Positions 52,362 to 63,130 of a stretch of 64,000 nucleotides of DNA are shown piece after piece. A program made the translations under genes and the position numbers. Position 1 is the stretch's first letter. Each line of letters opens with the position of its first letter. The stretch is from the NCBI GenBank assembly GCA_050331235.1, contig JBHJHA010000019.1, positions 62,212 through 126,211 of the forward strand, given 5' to 3'. Source of the stretch: Leptolyngbyaceae cyanobacterium. Its GTDB lineage: Bacteria; Cyanobacteriota; Cyanobacteriia; Phormidesmidales; Phormidesmidaceae. Under the pieces are notes generated by a model that was not told the DNA's origin, ran no database searches, and saw only the letters and a list, made by a program, of their open reading frames with translations.

Positions 52362-53504
52362 TTAGCTTCGAATTTGCACCGGCATGACTAGGTAGGTCAT
52401 CTGCAATTCTCCCAAAGGAACCATCACTGAGGGACTCGTTGCCGTATTGCACTGAAGCTGCACTTCATTAGTCCCGAGCGCTTTCAAGCCGTCGAGGAGA
52501 TAACGCACGTTGAAGGCAATGTCGAGGGCTTCACCGGTGATCTGTGCCGCAACCACTTCACGACCACTGCCAACTTCTTGAGCTTCGACCGATACTGCCA
52601 CAGCCTTCTCCTCCGGATCCAGAGAGAGCTTCACAATGTTGTTTTTTTGGTCTGCAAGCACAGCAATGCGTTCTAACGCGTCGGTCAACAGTTTGCGATC
52701 AACCGTGACTTGCCGCTCAAACTGTTTAGGAATCAACTGCCGATAATTGGGATACTGTCCTTCTAAGAGGCGGGCGGTGAGACGTTGATCACCCAATTCA
52801 AAAACCACTTGCGTACGGTCAAATTTCAGGGCGATCGGTTCAGAAGAGTTATAGGTTTGGAGCATACGCTCTAAATCTCTTAGCGCCTTGGCTGGTACCG
52901 TCACATCCATCTGGTCACCGCTATCAGCGTTACCTTGACCTGATTCATCGCTGGTCTTAACCACCGCCAATCGGTGGCCATCGGTCGCAGCAAACTCTAA
53001 CGTTTCTGGCTCAGCCAACAGGTGCACTCCCGTCAGCACCTGTTTGGTTTCATCGGCACTCGTAGCAAACAAGGCACCTTTCAAGCCCTCTAGCAGAGCA
53101 TCAACCGACAGTTCAGCAGCTTGTCCTTCTTCGATCACTGGCAAACTGGGGTAGTTCTCAGCACTCAATCCCCGCACCTGGTACTCTCCAGAAGAGCTAG
53201 TAATAGTGACCGCTGCATCTTCTTGGGTTTCTTGCACCGCAATGTCTTCGGCTGGTAGGCGGGCAATGATACTTTCTAGTAGCTTGGCAGGTAGAGTCAG
53301 CTCTCCTGACTCGTCAACTGTCGCCTTGAATGATGTTTGAATTCCGATATTTTCGTCAAAGCCAATTAGCGTCACCTTTTGATCTTCGTCATTGACTTTG
53401 ACCAGCACGTTGCTGAGGACGGGGAGGTTCGGTCGGCTGGGTACCACGCGGCTCACCAAAGATAGGTGAGTATTCAGTTCACTCTGGGAACAAACGAATT
53501 TCAT
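52362..53504 (-). CDS. dnaN: DNA polymerase III beta clamp
   Basis: MKFVCSQSEL, ATDGHRL, GQYPNY and YLVMPV motifs. Confidence 0.97.
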   Translation of the reverse strand: MKFVCSQSELNTHLSLVSRVVPSRPNLPVLSNVLVKVNDEDQKVTLIGFDENIGIQTSFKATVDESGELTLPAKLLESIIARLPAEDIAVQETQEDAAVTITSSSGEYQVRGLSAENYPSLPVIEEGQAAELSVDALLEGLKGALFATSADETKQVLTGVHLLAEPETLEFAATDGHRLAVVKTSDESGQGNADSGDQMDVTVPAKALRDLERMLQTYNSSEPIALKFDRTQVVFELGDQRLTARLLEGQYPNYRQLIPKQFERQVTVDRKLLTDALERIAVLADQKNNIVKLSLDPEEKAVAVSVEAQEVGSGREVVAAQITGEALDIAFNVRYLLDGLKALGTNEVQLQCNTATSPSVMVPLGELQMTYLVMPVQIRS

Positions 53505-54065
53505 AAGGTAGCTCAGGGAAAACTCAAATAGGGATTGTTGAGGGCCGGGGTTGAACCGAACAGCTCGGTCTTTTACTAGATGGATGCTTATCGTATCACT
53601 CTGACTTTTCCACTGGGTGGGCAAGTAGATCTTAGGTCTTATAAATAAAATTTTCTTGTAGTCGTATTAGTAGAGCGTGTAGAAATTGTGGAAAGTTTGG
53701 GGATCGCTCAGCTAATCAGGCTTTTCGCTTCCCCAGGCTTGTGGAAAACCAACCTAAAAAAGAATACCTTTTCCCCATCCCTTTACAGGGCAAGATTTTT
53801 TCCACATATTGGAAAAAATCTCATGGGTAAAAGAGCCTGTTTTCCACATGGAAACGCTGCTTTTCCACAGATTCTTGGACAAGATTTTTATAAAAGTTTA
53901 CTTCTGGGTCGGACCGTTGAGGTGCTTGGCAACTGCTTGATATCAGCTCAAAACTCAATTTGATTTGAATGCATGAAAAAACTCCTGGCAGCGTTCTTGT
54001 GCTGCCAGGAGTCAATAGACGTCTGATTAAGGCCATCAGCTGAAAACAGTTGATAACAAGATTGA
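53505..54065. other. probable chromosomal origin oriC (dnaA-dnaN intergenic)
   Basis: Perfect cyanobacterial DnaA boxes TTTTCCACA at 53740-53748 (minus), 53798-53806, 53840-53848 and 53861-53869. Near-matches at 53606, 53687 and 53769. DnaA-trio run at 53658-53672 and AT-rich tract at 53639-53657. Confidence 0.88.
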
Positions 54066-55451
54066 TTATTCTGCGGTGTTGATGCGATCGCCTACATCTC
54101 TCACTAGTTGGTTGAGGCTGGCATCGGTCTTAATTTGTTTGGCGATTTTGTCGCAACTGTAAATTACCGTTGTGTGGTCCTTGCCGCCAAAGACCTCGCC
54201 AATTTTTGGCAGACTGAGATTAGTGTGGTGGCGCATGAGGTACATGCCAATTTGCCGCGCTAGACTAATTTCCCGCTTGCGGGAGCTGCTTTTAAGATCT
54301 TCTTGAGAGACGTTGAAGGCGTCTGAGACGACCTGCATAACTGTCTGGGGGGAAACCTCAACTTTTTCGCTGGCGGTGGTGCTGAGCACAGGCATGAGAT
54401 TTTCCACTGTCATGGGCAAGCCCGAGATGGATGTGTAGGCGATCGCGCGAATTAACGCCCCCTCGAGCTCACGAATGTTCGATGTGTAGGTCGAGGCAAT
54501 GTACTCAATGACCGACCGGGGCAAGCGCACATTTTCGTATTCTGCCTTTTTTTGCAAAATCGCCATGCGCGTCTCATAGTCGGGGGGCTGAATATCGGCG
54601 ATTAACCCCATCGAAAAGCGTGATACCAGGCGATCTTGTAGCCGCGGCATTTGATTGGGCGGGCGATCAGAGGCCAACACAATTTGTTTGCCTGATTCGT
54701 GCAGCGTATTGAATGTATGGAAAAACTCTTCTTGGGTGTACTCCTTGCCCTCAATAAACTGAATGTCGTCCACCAGTAGCACGTCGGCTTGGCGATAGCG
54801 ATCGCGAAAGCTTTGCATACTGTCTTTGCGAATTGCTGTAATCAGGTCATTCGTAAACTGCTCGGTGGAAACGTAGGAAATCCGTGCGCTCTTGGTAATG
54901 TCTAAGCGGTAATGCCCAATCGACTGCATCAAATGGGTTTTACCTAAGCCAACCCCACCGCACAAAAAGAGAGGATTAAACTCTCGACCGGGGGCCTCAG
55001 CCACGGCTAAGGCGGCAGCATGGGCCATACGATTGTTAGACCCCACAACAAACCGCGAAAAGATCGCCTTCGGGTTGAGGCTTTTTTCTTGATTCGGGGA
55101 CTGGGGCACCGCTTCGGGGGCATCGACAGGCAGTGAAGCAGGGGCGGGCCAGGTCATTTCTGCTATGGGCGTGCCCTCAATGGGCAACACGTTGTCAGCT
55201 TGGGCTTCCACCACAAACTTAACTTCAACTGTCCGCCCGAGGATGTCGCGGACAACGGTGCCAATTGTGCCTAGGTAATGTTTTTGGAGCCAATTACGGG
55301 CAAACGGATTGGGCGTGCAGATGACTAAGGTTTCCTCAGAAAGAGCTTGAGGTTTAGCCGGTTTGATCCAGGTTTCAAAAGTAGGACGGCTCAGCTGATT
55401 TTGCAGTTCTAATAAGACTTTTTGCCATATGCCCTCTAGCGCTTGCTCCAC
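54066..55451 (-). CDS. dnaA: chromosomal replication initiator DnaA
   Basis: [26 protein letters not shown] and GGKDHTTV motifs; GTG start with GGAGG RBS. Confidence 0.98.
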   Translation of the reverse strand: MEQALEGIWQKVLLELQNQLSRPTFETWIKPAKPQALSEETLVICTPNPFARNWLQKHYLGTIGTVVRDILGRTVEVKFVVEAQADNVLPIEGTPIAEMTWPAPASLPVDAPEAVPQSPNQEKSLNPKAIFSRFVVGSNNRMAHAAALAVAEAPGREFNPLFLCGGVGLGKTHLMQSIGHYRLDITKSARISYVSTEQFTNDLITAIRKDSMQSFRDRYRQADVLLVDDIQFIEGKEYTQEEFFHTFNTLHESGKQIVLASDRPPNQMPRLQDRLVSRFSMGLIADIQPPDYETRMAILQKKAEYENVRLPRSVIEYIASTYTSNIRELEGALIRAIAYTSISGLPMTVENLMPVLSTTASEKVEVSPQTVMQVVSDAFNVSQEDLKSSSRKREISLARQIGMYLMRHHTNLSLPKIGEVFGGKDHTTVIYSCDKIAKQIKTDASLNQLVRDVGDRINTAE

Positions 55452-55951
55452 GCGATACCTCCAAAATTCTCCACAAACCGAACCGTTCTAATGCTTGCCT
55501 CAGGCTGATCTGTCCAACCAACCGGTCCTGCTGTCCTGCGATCGCGTTTAATGTCGTTTATCCAAGATGATTTTTCACGGATAATGGCCACGCTGAGCAT
55601 GTGCGGCTGATCATAGACACTAAAAAAACTGCCCTGTCAGTTCCCTGCTTAGAGAACCGTCATCAGAAGCACTGTGCATGGATTTACTAGAGTACCCGAT
55701 CTTTCAGCGCTAGTCAGGCGGTTGAGAGAGAATCTAACATTTTGCCTAATCCGTGGCAGCATCCTTACGGGTAGCGGTTTGGCAGTTCTAAAACGCTAAA
55801 TATGGGTGATCGATTAGAAAATTAAAAGTGTCCCTGTTTTTCCAAAAGCAGTCATGTCCATGGGCGGTAATCCGTAATTTTAAATACTCTCCATGTCCAG
55901 TAAATATACGTAGGATTAAGGCGGAGGCTCGCTGCTCAAGAGCGGGATTGC

Positions 55952-57267
55952 CTAGTCGAGGGGATGAAACTTGACTTTGAGGTTATCGCGGGGATGGGGG
56001 GTCGGTACCGTAGCTAGGGTTAAATCCTGTTCTGGGTCTAGGCTCCACGTGTAGTGCCGCAGCAGATGTACCGCGAATAGTTTCATTTCCAAACGAGCAA
56101 ATTCTTTGCCTAAGCATTCTCGAATGCCGCCGCCAAAGGGCACATAGCTATATTTGGGTAACTGGCGATGGGGGTCCCCAAAGCGCTCTGGTTGAAAGGT
56201 TTGGGAATTAGGATAGATGGCCTCGTTCAAATGGGTTTGGTTGATCTCATATAACACTGTCCAACCGGCAGGCACTTGATATCCAGCCAGTTCGCAGGTT
56301 TGTCGCACAGTGCGAAAGCCGCCGCCTACTGGCGGAATCAAGCGCAGCACCTCTTGGAGTACCTGATCTAGATAGGTCATCTGCTTAATGGTCTCTAAGG
56401 TGAGTGGAGCTTGGGCAAAGGCTGCTTGCTCAGCCCGGAGCTGGGCCCACACCGTAGGATGCTGCGCAACCAGCAGACAGTACGAGGCGATCGCTGATGT
56501 GAGCGTTTCATGTCCAGCAAAGAGCAGGAGCAAAATCTGGTCCTTGAGCTCTGCCAAGCTGAGTCCCTGACCCTCGTCATCCCGCACCTCGATCAGTAAG
56601 CTGAGGGCATCGGTGCCGCTGGTGGCTGATTGCTGCCGAGCGACAATAGTATTTTGAATCTCGTCGAGCAGCAGTTTGCGACATCGCTGTGCCTTGCCAA
56701 ATCGGGTCCAGGGCAGCGGCAACGGAATCGAAAACAGACCCCCACACCAAGTCTCAAATAGATGGCCGAGCTTGGTTTGAGAGCCTTGGTCAAGGCCAAC
56801 CAACAGCTTACAGGCAACGTCTAAGGTGTAGTTGCGCAGCTCTGGATACCAGGTGAGGTCGCCTTGGTGAGCCCATTGGTTCGCATAGCGCTGGGTGATG
56901 GCTTGCACGGTCTCGATATAGCTTGACAAGGCCCGGGGCATAAACGCCTGGGCAACAGCTTGCGACGGTGTTGGTGTTCGCTGCCGGTTTGCAGCGCTAA
57001 GGATAAATTACCTAGCAGGGCTTTGGTGCTCGGTGGCCAGTTCACCTCAAAGTAAGTATTTTCATTGCTGAGGACAAACTGATTGGCAGTACTGTCTTTA
57101 ACAAAAATGGTGGGATTACCTAGGAGGCGGGTTTTGAAGACGGAGCCGTATATTTCGTGTTTTTTCGCGGCGTAATCGCGATCACGAAAGAAGCTCAATG
57201 TTTCGCCAATGATGGGCAAGCCAAATTCGCCTGGGGGCACTGGCAAATTCGAAGGGGGTGAGGTCAT
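55952..57267 (-). pseudogene. cytochrome P450 (CYP120-like), split by a 1-nt deletion near 56953; may be an assembly error
   Basis: N-terminal PPGEFGLPIIGET...HRRKLL joins (AQAF)MPRAL...AGHET, EVLR, PERF and FGGGIRECLG. Adding one G (TTG GCC CAG GCG TTT ATG) restores the frame. Confidence 0.88.
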
Positions 57268-57390
57268 AGGGTCTTTGCGGTAGTCCACTCTGAGTATGCT
57301 GCCATAGCCCTGGGCAGAGGGAGCTCAGTGACTTTTACGCAACTTTAATCATCGGCTTGGATGATTTCGGAGCCATCGAGCATTTTATGA

Positions 57391-58383
57391 TCAATTCATC
57401 AGCTCAATGGTCGTGACGACTTGACCGTGGTCAGATTTCCAGCGCTCGATCTGGTCTGCCAGTAGAGTCTGATCAAACAGGTGGTCATTGTAGACCGAGA
57501 CGTAGACGACCTGAGCAATGCGATCGCGATTGCGAGGCGAAAATTCTTCACTCACCATAATGTGGTCGAGACTATCGTAATGACCATTGTGGATATGGGT
57601 GTAGTAGTGGTCACCATAGCCTAGTCGAGCTTGAATGTCTTTCACCTGATAGAGCAGTATGTCCCATACGGGGGCTTTCTTACGGTAAGGCCAGCATTCC
57701 CACGGCGGTTGACCCGAGACAAGTTGGGTCGTTACAGAGGTGTGATTGTCGTTAACATCGCCTATAACAATTACCGGATAGCGGCGATCTCGCAGCTTTT
57801 CCATCAGGATAAACCGCAGGGCTGTGGCTTCTGCCGCCCGACGAATCAGCGATCGCGCTTGGCCCTTAGCCAACTCAACCGGGTCAGAGCGATCAACATT
57901 GCGATCCATCATAGGCCGCTTGGACTTGAGATGTACTACGAAAATTGTGCAGTTCAGACCATTCGGCAGTTCTACATCGACTGCTAATACCGGGTGAGAA
58001 AACGACGTCAGAGGGATATGCGCTTTTTCTGCATCGACACTGAGCCAGCTTTCTTTCGGAAAGTCAATGTAGATCCGATGCTTCAAGATGGGCAATCGCG
58101 TTGCTAAGCCGAGTCCTGGTCCTCCTCTAACACCTTTCGCCATGACCAGTTTCAAATCTCGGGCGCTGTGGCTCTGGGTTAAAACAGTTTTGAGAGCCTG
58201 CTCGTGAAACACTTCTTGAAAGCCCACCAAATCTACTGCCATGCGATCTAGCTGCTGGGCGGTCCAATCAAGCTTTTGTTCATATTCTGTCCGGGAGTAA
58301 GACTCGCCTCGGTAATACTCTACGCCCGGCAAAGCCAAGTTATTGAGATTGAAGGTGCCAACCCGAATTTGTTGATTCTTCAC
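57391..58383 (-). CDS. endonuclease/exonuclease/phosphatase (EEP) family protein
   Basis: TFNLNN, FQEV, HLKSK, GDVND, LDHI and SDHG motifs. Confidence 0.9.
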   Translation of the reverse strand: MKNQQIRVGTFNLNNLALPGVEYYRGESYSRTEYEQKLDWTAQQLDRMAVDLVGFQEVFHEQALKTVLTQSHSARDLKLVMAKGVRGGPGLGLATRLPILKHRIYIDFPKESWLSVDAEKAHIPLTSFSHPVLAVDVELPNGLNCTIFVVHLKSKRPMMDRNVDRSDPVELAKGQARSLIRRAAEATALRFILMEKLRDRRYPVIVIGDVNDNHTSVTTQLVSGQPPWECWPYRKKAPVWDILLYQVKDIQARLGYGDHYYTHIHNGHYDSLDHIMVSEEFSPRNRDRIAQVVYVSVYNDHLFDQTLLADQIERWKSDHGQVVTTIELMN

Positions 58384-58762
58384 GATACTTTTTAGAAAGC
58401 TATATAACTTTGCGACTTTGGCTAGTTGCTATTGAGCTTAGATGATGACTTTAACTCTATCCTAAGAGTGATCTTTTCAAGACTGTATGCAAATCATCAA
58501 TTTATAGTTGTCTGTCGCCTTAATCTGCGCTTAATGCATCCAAAACCATCTCAAAATGCCTGCTTTATTTGCTGGCTCTGAAAATAATTAGTGTAGAAGA
58601 ACGGAGATTTCTTGTATCTAAAGCCCTAAAAAAAGTGGCAGCTGACTCTTTTGTATTGATGAATTTTTGGATGTTGAGTAGCTCGCTGTGGGAAGAGATT
58701 TTTATTTAAAGACGTTTTTCGCCTGATTGAGTACACCCTTGTAGCTGATTTTATCGATCGTT

Positions 58763-59100
58763 ATGTTTACGCTCAAAGATGTCTTCTTTGCTTTTGTTGT
58801 CATTGCGATGCTGATTTTGGCGGGTCGCTTTGTAAAACAGAGGTTGTGCTGGATACAAACGCTGTCCCGAGAAGCCGCTCCGGTGCCTTTGAGAGTATTG
58901 CCTATAAGCAGCTATTTTTTGAACCTATTGTGGGGGGTGGTTTGTTTACAGCGGCGGCCCCAGCCCTGATTGCCCGGTTTGGCCTGGGGACTATGCTGCT
59001 GATTACAGGTGGGCTACTACTCTTTTGGCTGGCTATGGGGTTTGTCATGATGCGGCAGCGGCGACGACTTCAAACGTCACAGAGTCAGGCCACATCCTAA
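58763..59100 (+). pseudogene. Na+/glutamate symporter (GltS-like) remnant with large internal deletion
   Basis: N-terminal MFTLKDVFFAFVVIAMLILAGRFVKQ is fused out of frame near 58865 to the C-terminal RSGAFESIAYKQLFFEPIVGGGLFTAAAP...; only about 340 bp remain. Confidence 0.72.
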
Positions 59101-59126
59101 AGCTGGATAGCCTGTGAAAGGCTGTA

Positions 59127-59843
59127 CTAAACCACCTTTCGCAGCCAGATCGGGTCAACTTTGAACTGAAACTGTTTTTGCGAAGGCATTGTTTGACGAA
59201 AGGATTGGTAATAGTCCTTACAGGCTTCAGTGTGTAAAATCCGGAGCTCCTTAATCGGTTCGCGATGGTTGTCGACGCGCAGGTCTAAATGGGGGTAAAA
59301 GTCATCTTTGACGACATAGAGTGCGGCAGACTGTTTACCGCGCTTGTCGCCGCCGGCTCGATCGCCCGCTTCGAGAGCGCAGAGCAAGCGCTCCGAAAAA
59401 TTGAGGGAAGCATGGCTATGAAAGGTGTCTGCCATGGCCCGTAGAACTTGCTCTCCGACCAGCATGTTGCCTGCTACGGAAAAATTAGGGAACGTTAAAT
59501 GTCCAGCCCAATCAATGCAGTGCGCGCCAGTCCAGCCAACGGTGTGGCCCTGGTGGTCGACTAGATGCAGTTGACGATGATCGCGTTCTTCATCATTTTG
59601 AAGCAATACATCCAATACAGCTTCTAAGGGGATGGGGAAGTCATCAGTCTGGGCGGTTCGGCGACTCTCTAAAAGCCGCAGTCCCCAGATGCCTAAAAGC
59701 GGATTGGTTGCTGCTTGGGTGGCGATCGCCCCGATGTTAGCCTTGGCATGGGGAACCAGCGCCCCAACGGCCAAATGCTTGGTTGCTACGGCAATCCCCG
59801 TCATGCCCGTGGCTGGGTCCCAGGCCACGATAGAGAATGTCAT
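59127..59843 (-). CDS. DUF1028 family Ntn-hydrolase
   Basis: MTFSIVA, VAGNML, GGDKRGKQSAAL and DLRVD motifs. Confidence 0.9.
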   Translation of the reverse strand: MTFSIVAWDPATGMTGIAVATKHLAVGALVPHAKANIGAIATQAATNPLLGIWGLRLLESRRTAQTDDFPIPLEAVLDVLLQNDEERDHRQLHLVDHQGHTVGWTGAHCIDWAGHLTFPNFSVAGNMLVGEQVLRAMADTFHSHASLNFSERLLCALEAGDRAGGDKRGKQSAALYVVKDDFYPHLDLRVDNHREPIKELRILHTEACKDYYQSFRQTMPSQKQFQFKVDPIWLRKVV

Positions 59844-60153
59844 AGGGTATTCCTATTTCAAAAAGACATCAATCATTAGCAAAATCTTCCGGCGTTGGTC
59901 CGAAAAAAACTGTTACCAATCTTACGATTTCTTCTTGGCTGCTTGAGCCGTCCTACACTCCGATCTTCCCTTGCGCTGCCTCCATGAAGGGTCATTCTAA
60001 TAGCCGGGTGTCAGTCAGTTGCTGAACCCTAATGTCAAGACTTCATGATAATAAGCTTGATTGCTTCAGATTTGGTAAAGATGTGCCATTTCTGGAAAGC
60101 TTCACATATTAGGATGCACCCCTAAGACATCAAATCATCTGAGGCAAAGACCT

Positions 60154-62187
60154 ATGTGCGGCATTGGCGGTGTTTTATATGCCGATCCTAATCGACCAGT
60201 TGACCCCAATGTTTTAGTCGGAATGGCTGCCATTCAACATCATCGTGGTCCAGATGGTTTTGGCTATCAGGTGATTCGTGATCGCGGTGTGGGGTTTGCC
60301 CATGCCCGTTTGTCGATCATTGACCTTGATCCAGAGCGGGGGCAGCAACCCTTCATATCTCCTGATGGGCAGTACCTTATTGCTCACAATGGTGAGTTTT
60401 ACGACTACAAACGCCTGCGGGCGGACTTGACTTCACGCGGGTATCAATTTCGCACCAAGAGCGACACTGAGTTGGTCATGCATCTAACGGAGCGCTTCGG
60501 ACTCGATCAGGCGTTGCCTTGCTTACGGGGAGAGTTTGCTTTTGCTCTGTATGAACGACATCAGGACCGCTTGACTCTAGTCCGCGATCGCTTTGGGGTC
60601 AAGCCGCTATATTACACACTCACTGCCAATGGCTGCGTGTTCGGTTCGGAAATTAAGGTGCTACTGGCTCATCCGGATGTGCAGGCGCAGTTTGCGGCAG
60701 AGGGCTTATACCATCAGCTGATGCAGACTATGGTGCCAGGGACGACCTGCTTTCGAGGAATCTATGCAGTCGAACCAGGACAAAAACTCGTCGTTCATCG
60801 TCGTGATGGAGAACTTATTCTCCACAAGGAGCAATATTGGGATCTTGATTTTCCCCTCCAGGGCGATCGCGATGTCCATCGCAGCGAAACCGACTACATC
60901 GAAGAGTTTCGCGCTCATTTTGTCGAGGCCATTCAGCTCCGGCTAGAAGCAGATGTGCCCGTGGCTTGTTACCTGTCCGGGGGGATTGATTCTTGCTCGA
61001 TTATGGGGGTGGCCGCTGCTTGTCAACAGTCACCGATCAAGGCATTCACAATTGGCTTTGACGACGCCGATTATGATGAAACGGCGATCGCCCGAGAAAT
61101 GGCCGCCGCTGTACAGGCCGATCAAGACGTTCTTTTAGTCGAAGGGGCGCAGCTCTACGACCAGTTCGTGCGAACCATTTGGCACACTGAACGCAGCATT
61201 TACAACACATTTACTGTGGCTAAGCTGTTGATGAGTGAGCACGTCCGCAATGCTGGCTACAAGGTCGTAGTCACTGGAGAAGGCTCTGACGAATTATTTG
61301 CTGGATATCCACAGCTGCGCCTAGACATGATTTTGCACGGTATGGATGATACTCCACCGGCAGAACGGGCCGATTTGGAGGCCTGGCTAGCAGAGAGTAA
61401 TCGCTTGTTCAAAGGCAATCTCCTGGCTGATAAGCGACTCGATGATCCGGCTCTGACCGAATTAATCGGTTTTACACCCAGTGCTTTGCAGTCTTGGCTG
61501 GCTTCAGCGCACCATGTGCCCCAACTGCTGCATGCCCATTACCGACATCGGCTTGATGGTTATCTTCCAGGCAGTGCAATTGCTGATGCTTTGCATGCAG
61601 ACCAGCTGCGCGATCGCCATCCCCTTGACCGAGCACAGTATGTTTGGATCAAAACCCAGTTTGAGTCGCAAGTATTGGGCTGGGCCGGCGATCGCGTTGA
61701 TATGGCTAATTCCTTAGAGGCCCGTCCAGCGTTTCTCGATCATCCCTTAGTAGAATTTGCGGTTAACTTACCGCCGTCTATGCGCCTACGCAATCGTCAA
61801 GATAAGTACATTTTGCGAGAGACGATGAAGCCGCTGTTGCCCAAAAGCTTATACGAACGGCAAAAATTTGCGTTTATGGCGCCGCCTTCTCACACGGATG
61901 TGGTTAAAGAGGCCGCGATGCGATCGCTGGCCAGCAGCTATTTATCCAAAAATCGGATTCAAACAGCGGGTCTTTTAGATGTTGAGGCTGCACGAGCGGT
62001 TTTGGATAAGCACAGCAATCCGGCGACTCCGGTGGCTGAGCGGGTACAGCTTGACGCCATCATCAACCACATGTTGAGTGTGCAAATTTTGCATAGCCAC
62101 TTTGTGGCCAATGATATCACTCGCCAAGCCCAGGCTGATGCCAAGCGGTATGGCTGGTCTGCTCAAGATGTTTCAGTAGCCTGCTGA
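60154..62187 (+). CDS. asnB: asparagine synthase (glutamine-hydrolysing) family amidotransferase
   Basis: MCGI, HRGPD, RLSIID, RDRFGVKPL, LSGGIDS and GEGSDELFAGY motifs. Confidence 0.93.
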   Translation: MCGIGGVLYADPNRPVDPNVLVGMAAIQHHRGPDGFGYQVIRDRGVGFAHARLSIIDLDPERGQQPFISPDGQYLIAHNGEFYDYKRLRADLTSRGYQFRTKSDTELVMHLTERFGLDQALPCLRGEFAFALYERHQDRLTLVRDRFGVKPLYYTLTANGCVFGSEIKVLLAHPDVQAQFAAEGLYHQLMQTMVPGTTCFRGIYAVEPGQKLVVHRRDGELILHKEQYWDLDFPLQGDRDVHRSETDYIEEFRAHFVEAIQLRLEADVPVACYLSGGIDSCSIMGVAAACQQSPIKAFTIGFDDADYDETAIAREMAAAVQADQDVLLVEGAQLYDQFVRTIWHTERSIYNTFTVAKLLMSEHVRNAGYKVVVTGEGSDELFAGYPQLRLDMILHGMDDTPPAERADLEAWLAESNRLFKGNLLADKRLDDPALTELIGFTPSALQSWLASAHHVPQLLHAHYRHRLDGYLPGSAIADALHADQLRDRHPLDRAQYVWIKTQFESQVLGWAGDRVDMANSLEARPAFLDHPLVEFAVNLPPSMRLRNRQDKYILRETMKPLLPKSLYERQKFAFMAPPSHTDVVKEAAMRSLASSYLSKNRIQTAGLLDVEAARAVLDKHSNPATPVAERVQLDAIINHMLSVQILHSHFVANDITRQAQADAKRYGWSAQDVSVAC

Positions 62188-62239
62188 TAGCGATTCCCGA
62201 AAGTTGATCACCGACCCCAAGAGTGCAAACCGACCCCCC

Positions 62240-63052
62240 TTAGACTGGTGTGTCAACAGCATTTAGAGTCAATTGATAGCGATAAATTGCGACTGGTTGA
62301 TTACGAGCTTGAAAATAATCGGGATCTTGAGCAGAAAGATAAACGGCGGTTATCTGATCAGCCGCGATGTGATCTGGATCGAGCCGATGGTAGGCCGTTG
62401 TTGTCTCGACTTGGTTGACGTAAGGTTGAGCCGTACCGCGAAAAATCTGTTGGAACAACTCTGTAGTGAGGAAGTCTGCTCGAGTCGGCGACTCAACGGC
62501 TCGGCCAATAACTGTTGATTCGAGTTGGCGATCGCCGCGCAAGATAGTCAACTGCCGATTCGGATTCTCAGGATCGACTTTTACCGCTTTGACAGTTTCT
62601 TCTCCAAGATATGCCCGCGCCAGGCTGAGTCCGTTGAAGGCTCGATCTGCGACCACCTCTTCTTGCGCCAGTCGAGGCTGGAGCAAAAAACTTTTGGTGT
62701 AAGAGGTCAGCTTCGGCTCAAAGCGTACTCTGCAAACAATAGGCTGATTGAGCAGGCTTTGGTTGCCGTCAAACCCGGGAGTTGTAATTTGGGGGGCTAA
62801 CGGGGCTGATACATCAGTCAAAGTACTAGTCATTTCCCAGGTACCAGCCATCCAGTCTGGATAAATCAAGTCACCGTTAGCTGAAGAGGTTGGCGGTTTA
62901 TCTTCCCAGTCAGGAAATTGATTTAGGCGATCGCGAATGGGCCCCGCTTCAGCGTTACCACTGCACAGTAGCCAGACCAGAGCTAATATGGCTAGCCAGA
63001 TCAGGTTGCGACGTACACGGTGAGCAGTCGGACGAGTCATAGGCCGGATCAT
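62240..63052 (-). CDS. conserved cyanobacterial exported protein (DUF6816-like)
   Basis: Signal/TM, LIYPDWMAGTW, ADRAFN and YLSAQDPDYF blocks. Confidence 0.7.
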   Translation of the reverse strand: MIRPMTRPTAHRVRRNLIWLAILALVWLLCSGNAEAGPIRDRLNQFPDWEDKPPTSSANGDLIYPDWMAGTWEMTSTLTDVSAPLAPQITTPGFDGNQSLLNQPIVCRVRFEPKLTSYTKSFLLQPRLAQEEVVADRAFNGLSLARAYLGEETVKAVKVDPENPNRQLTILRGDRQLESTVIGRAVESPTRADFLTTELFQQIFRGTAQPYVNQVETTTAYHRLDPDHIAADQITAVYLSAQDPDYFQARNQPVAIYRYQLTLNAVDTPV

Positions 63053-63130
63053 TAAATCGCATCTCGATTTAGAGTAGCGGATTGGAGCGAGTTCTACTGC
63101 TATTCATGAATCACATCCAGATAGATGCAA

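Noticed and set aside
53688..54036. ORFs 53688-53963 and 53821-54036
   Set aside because: They lie within the DnaA-box cluster of oriC and have no protein features.
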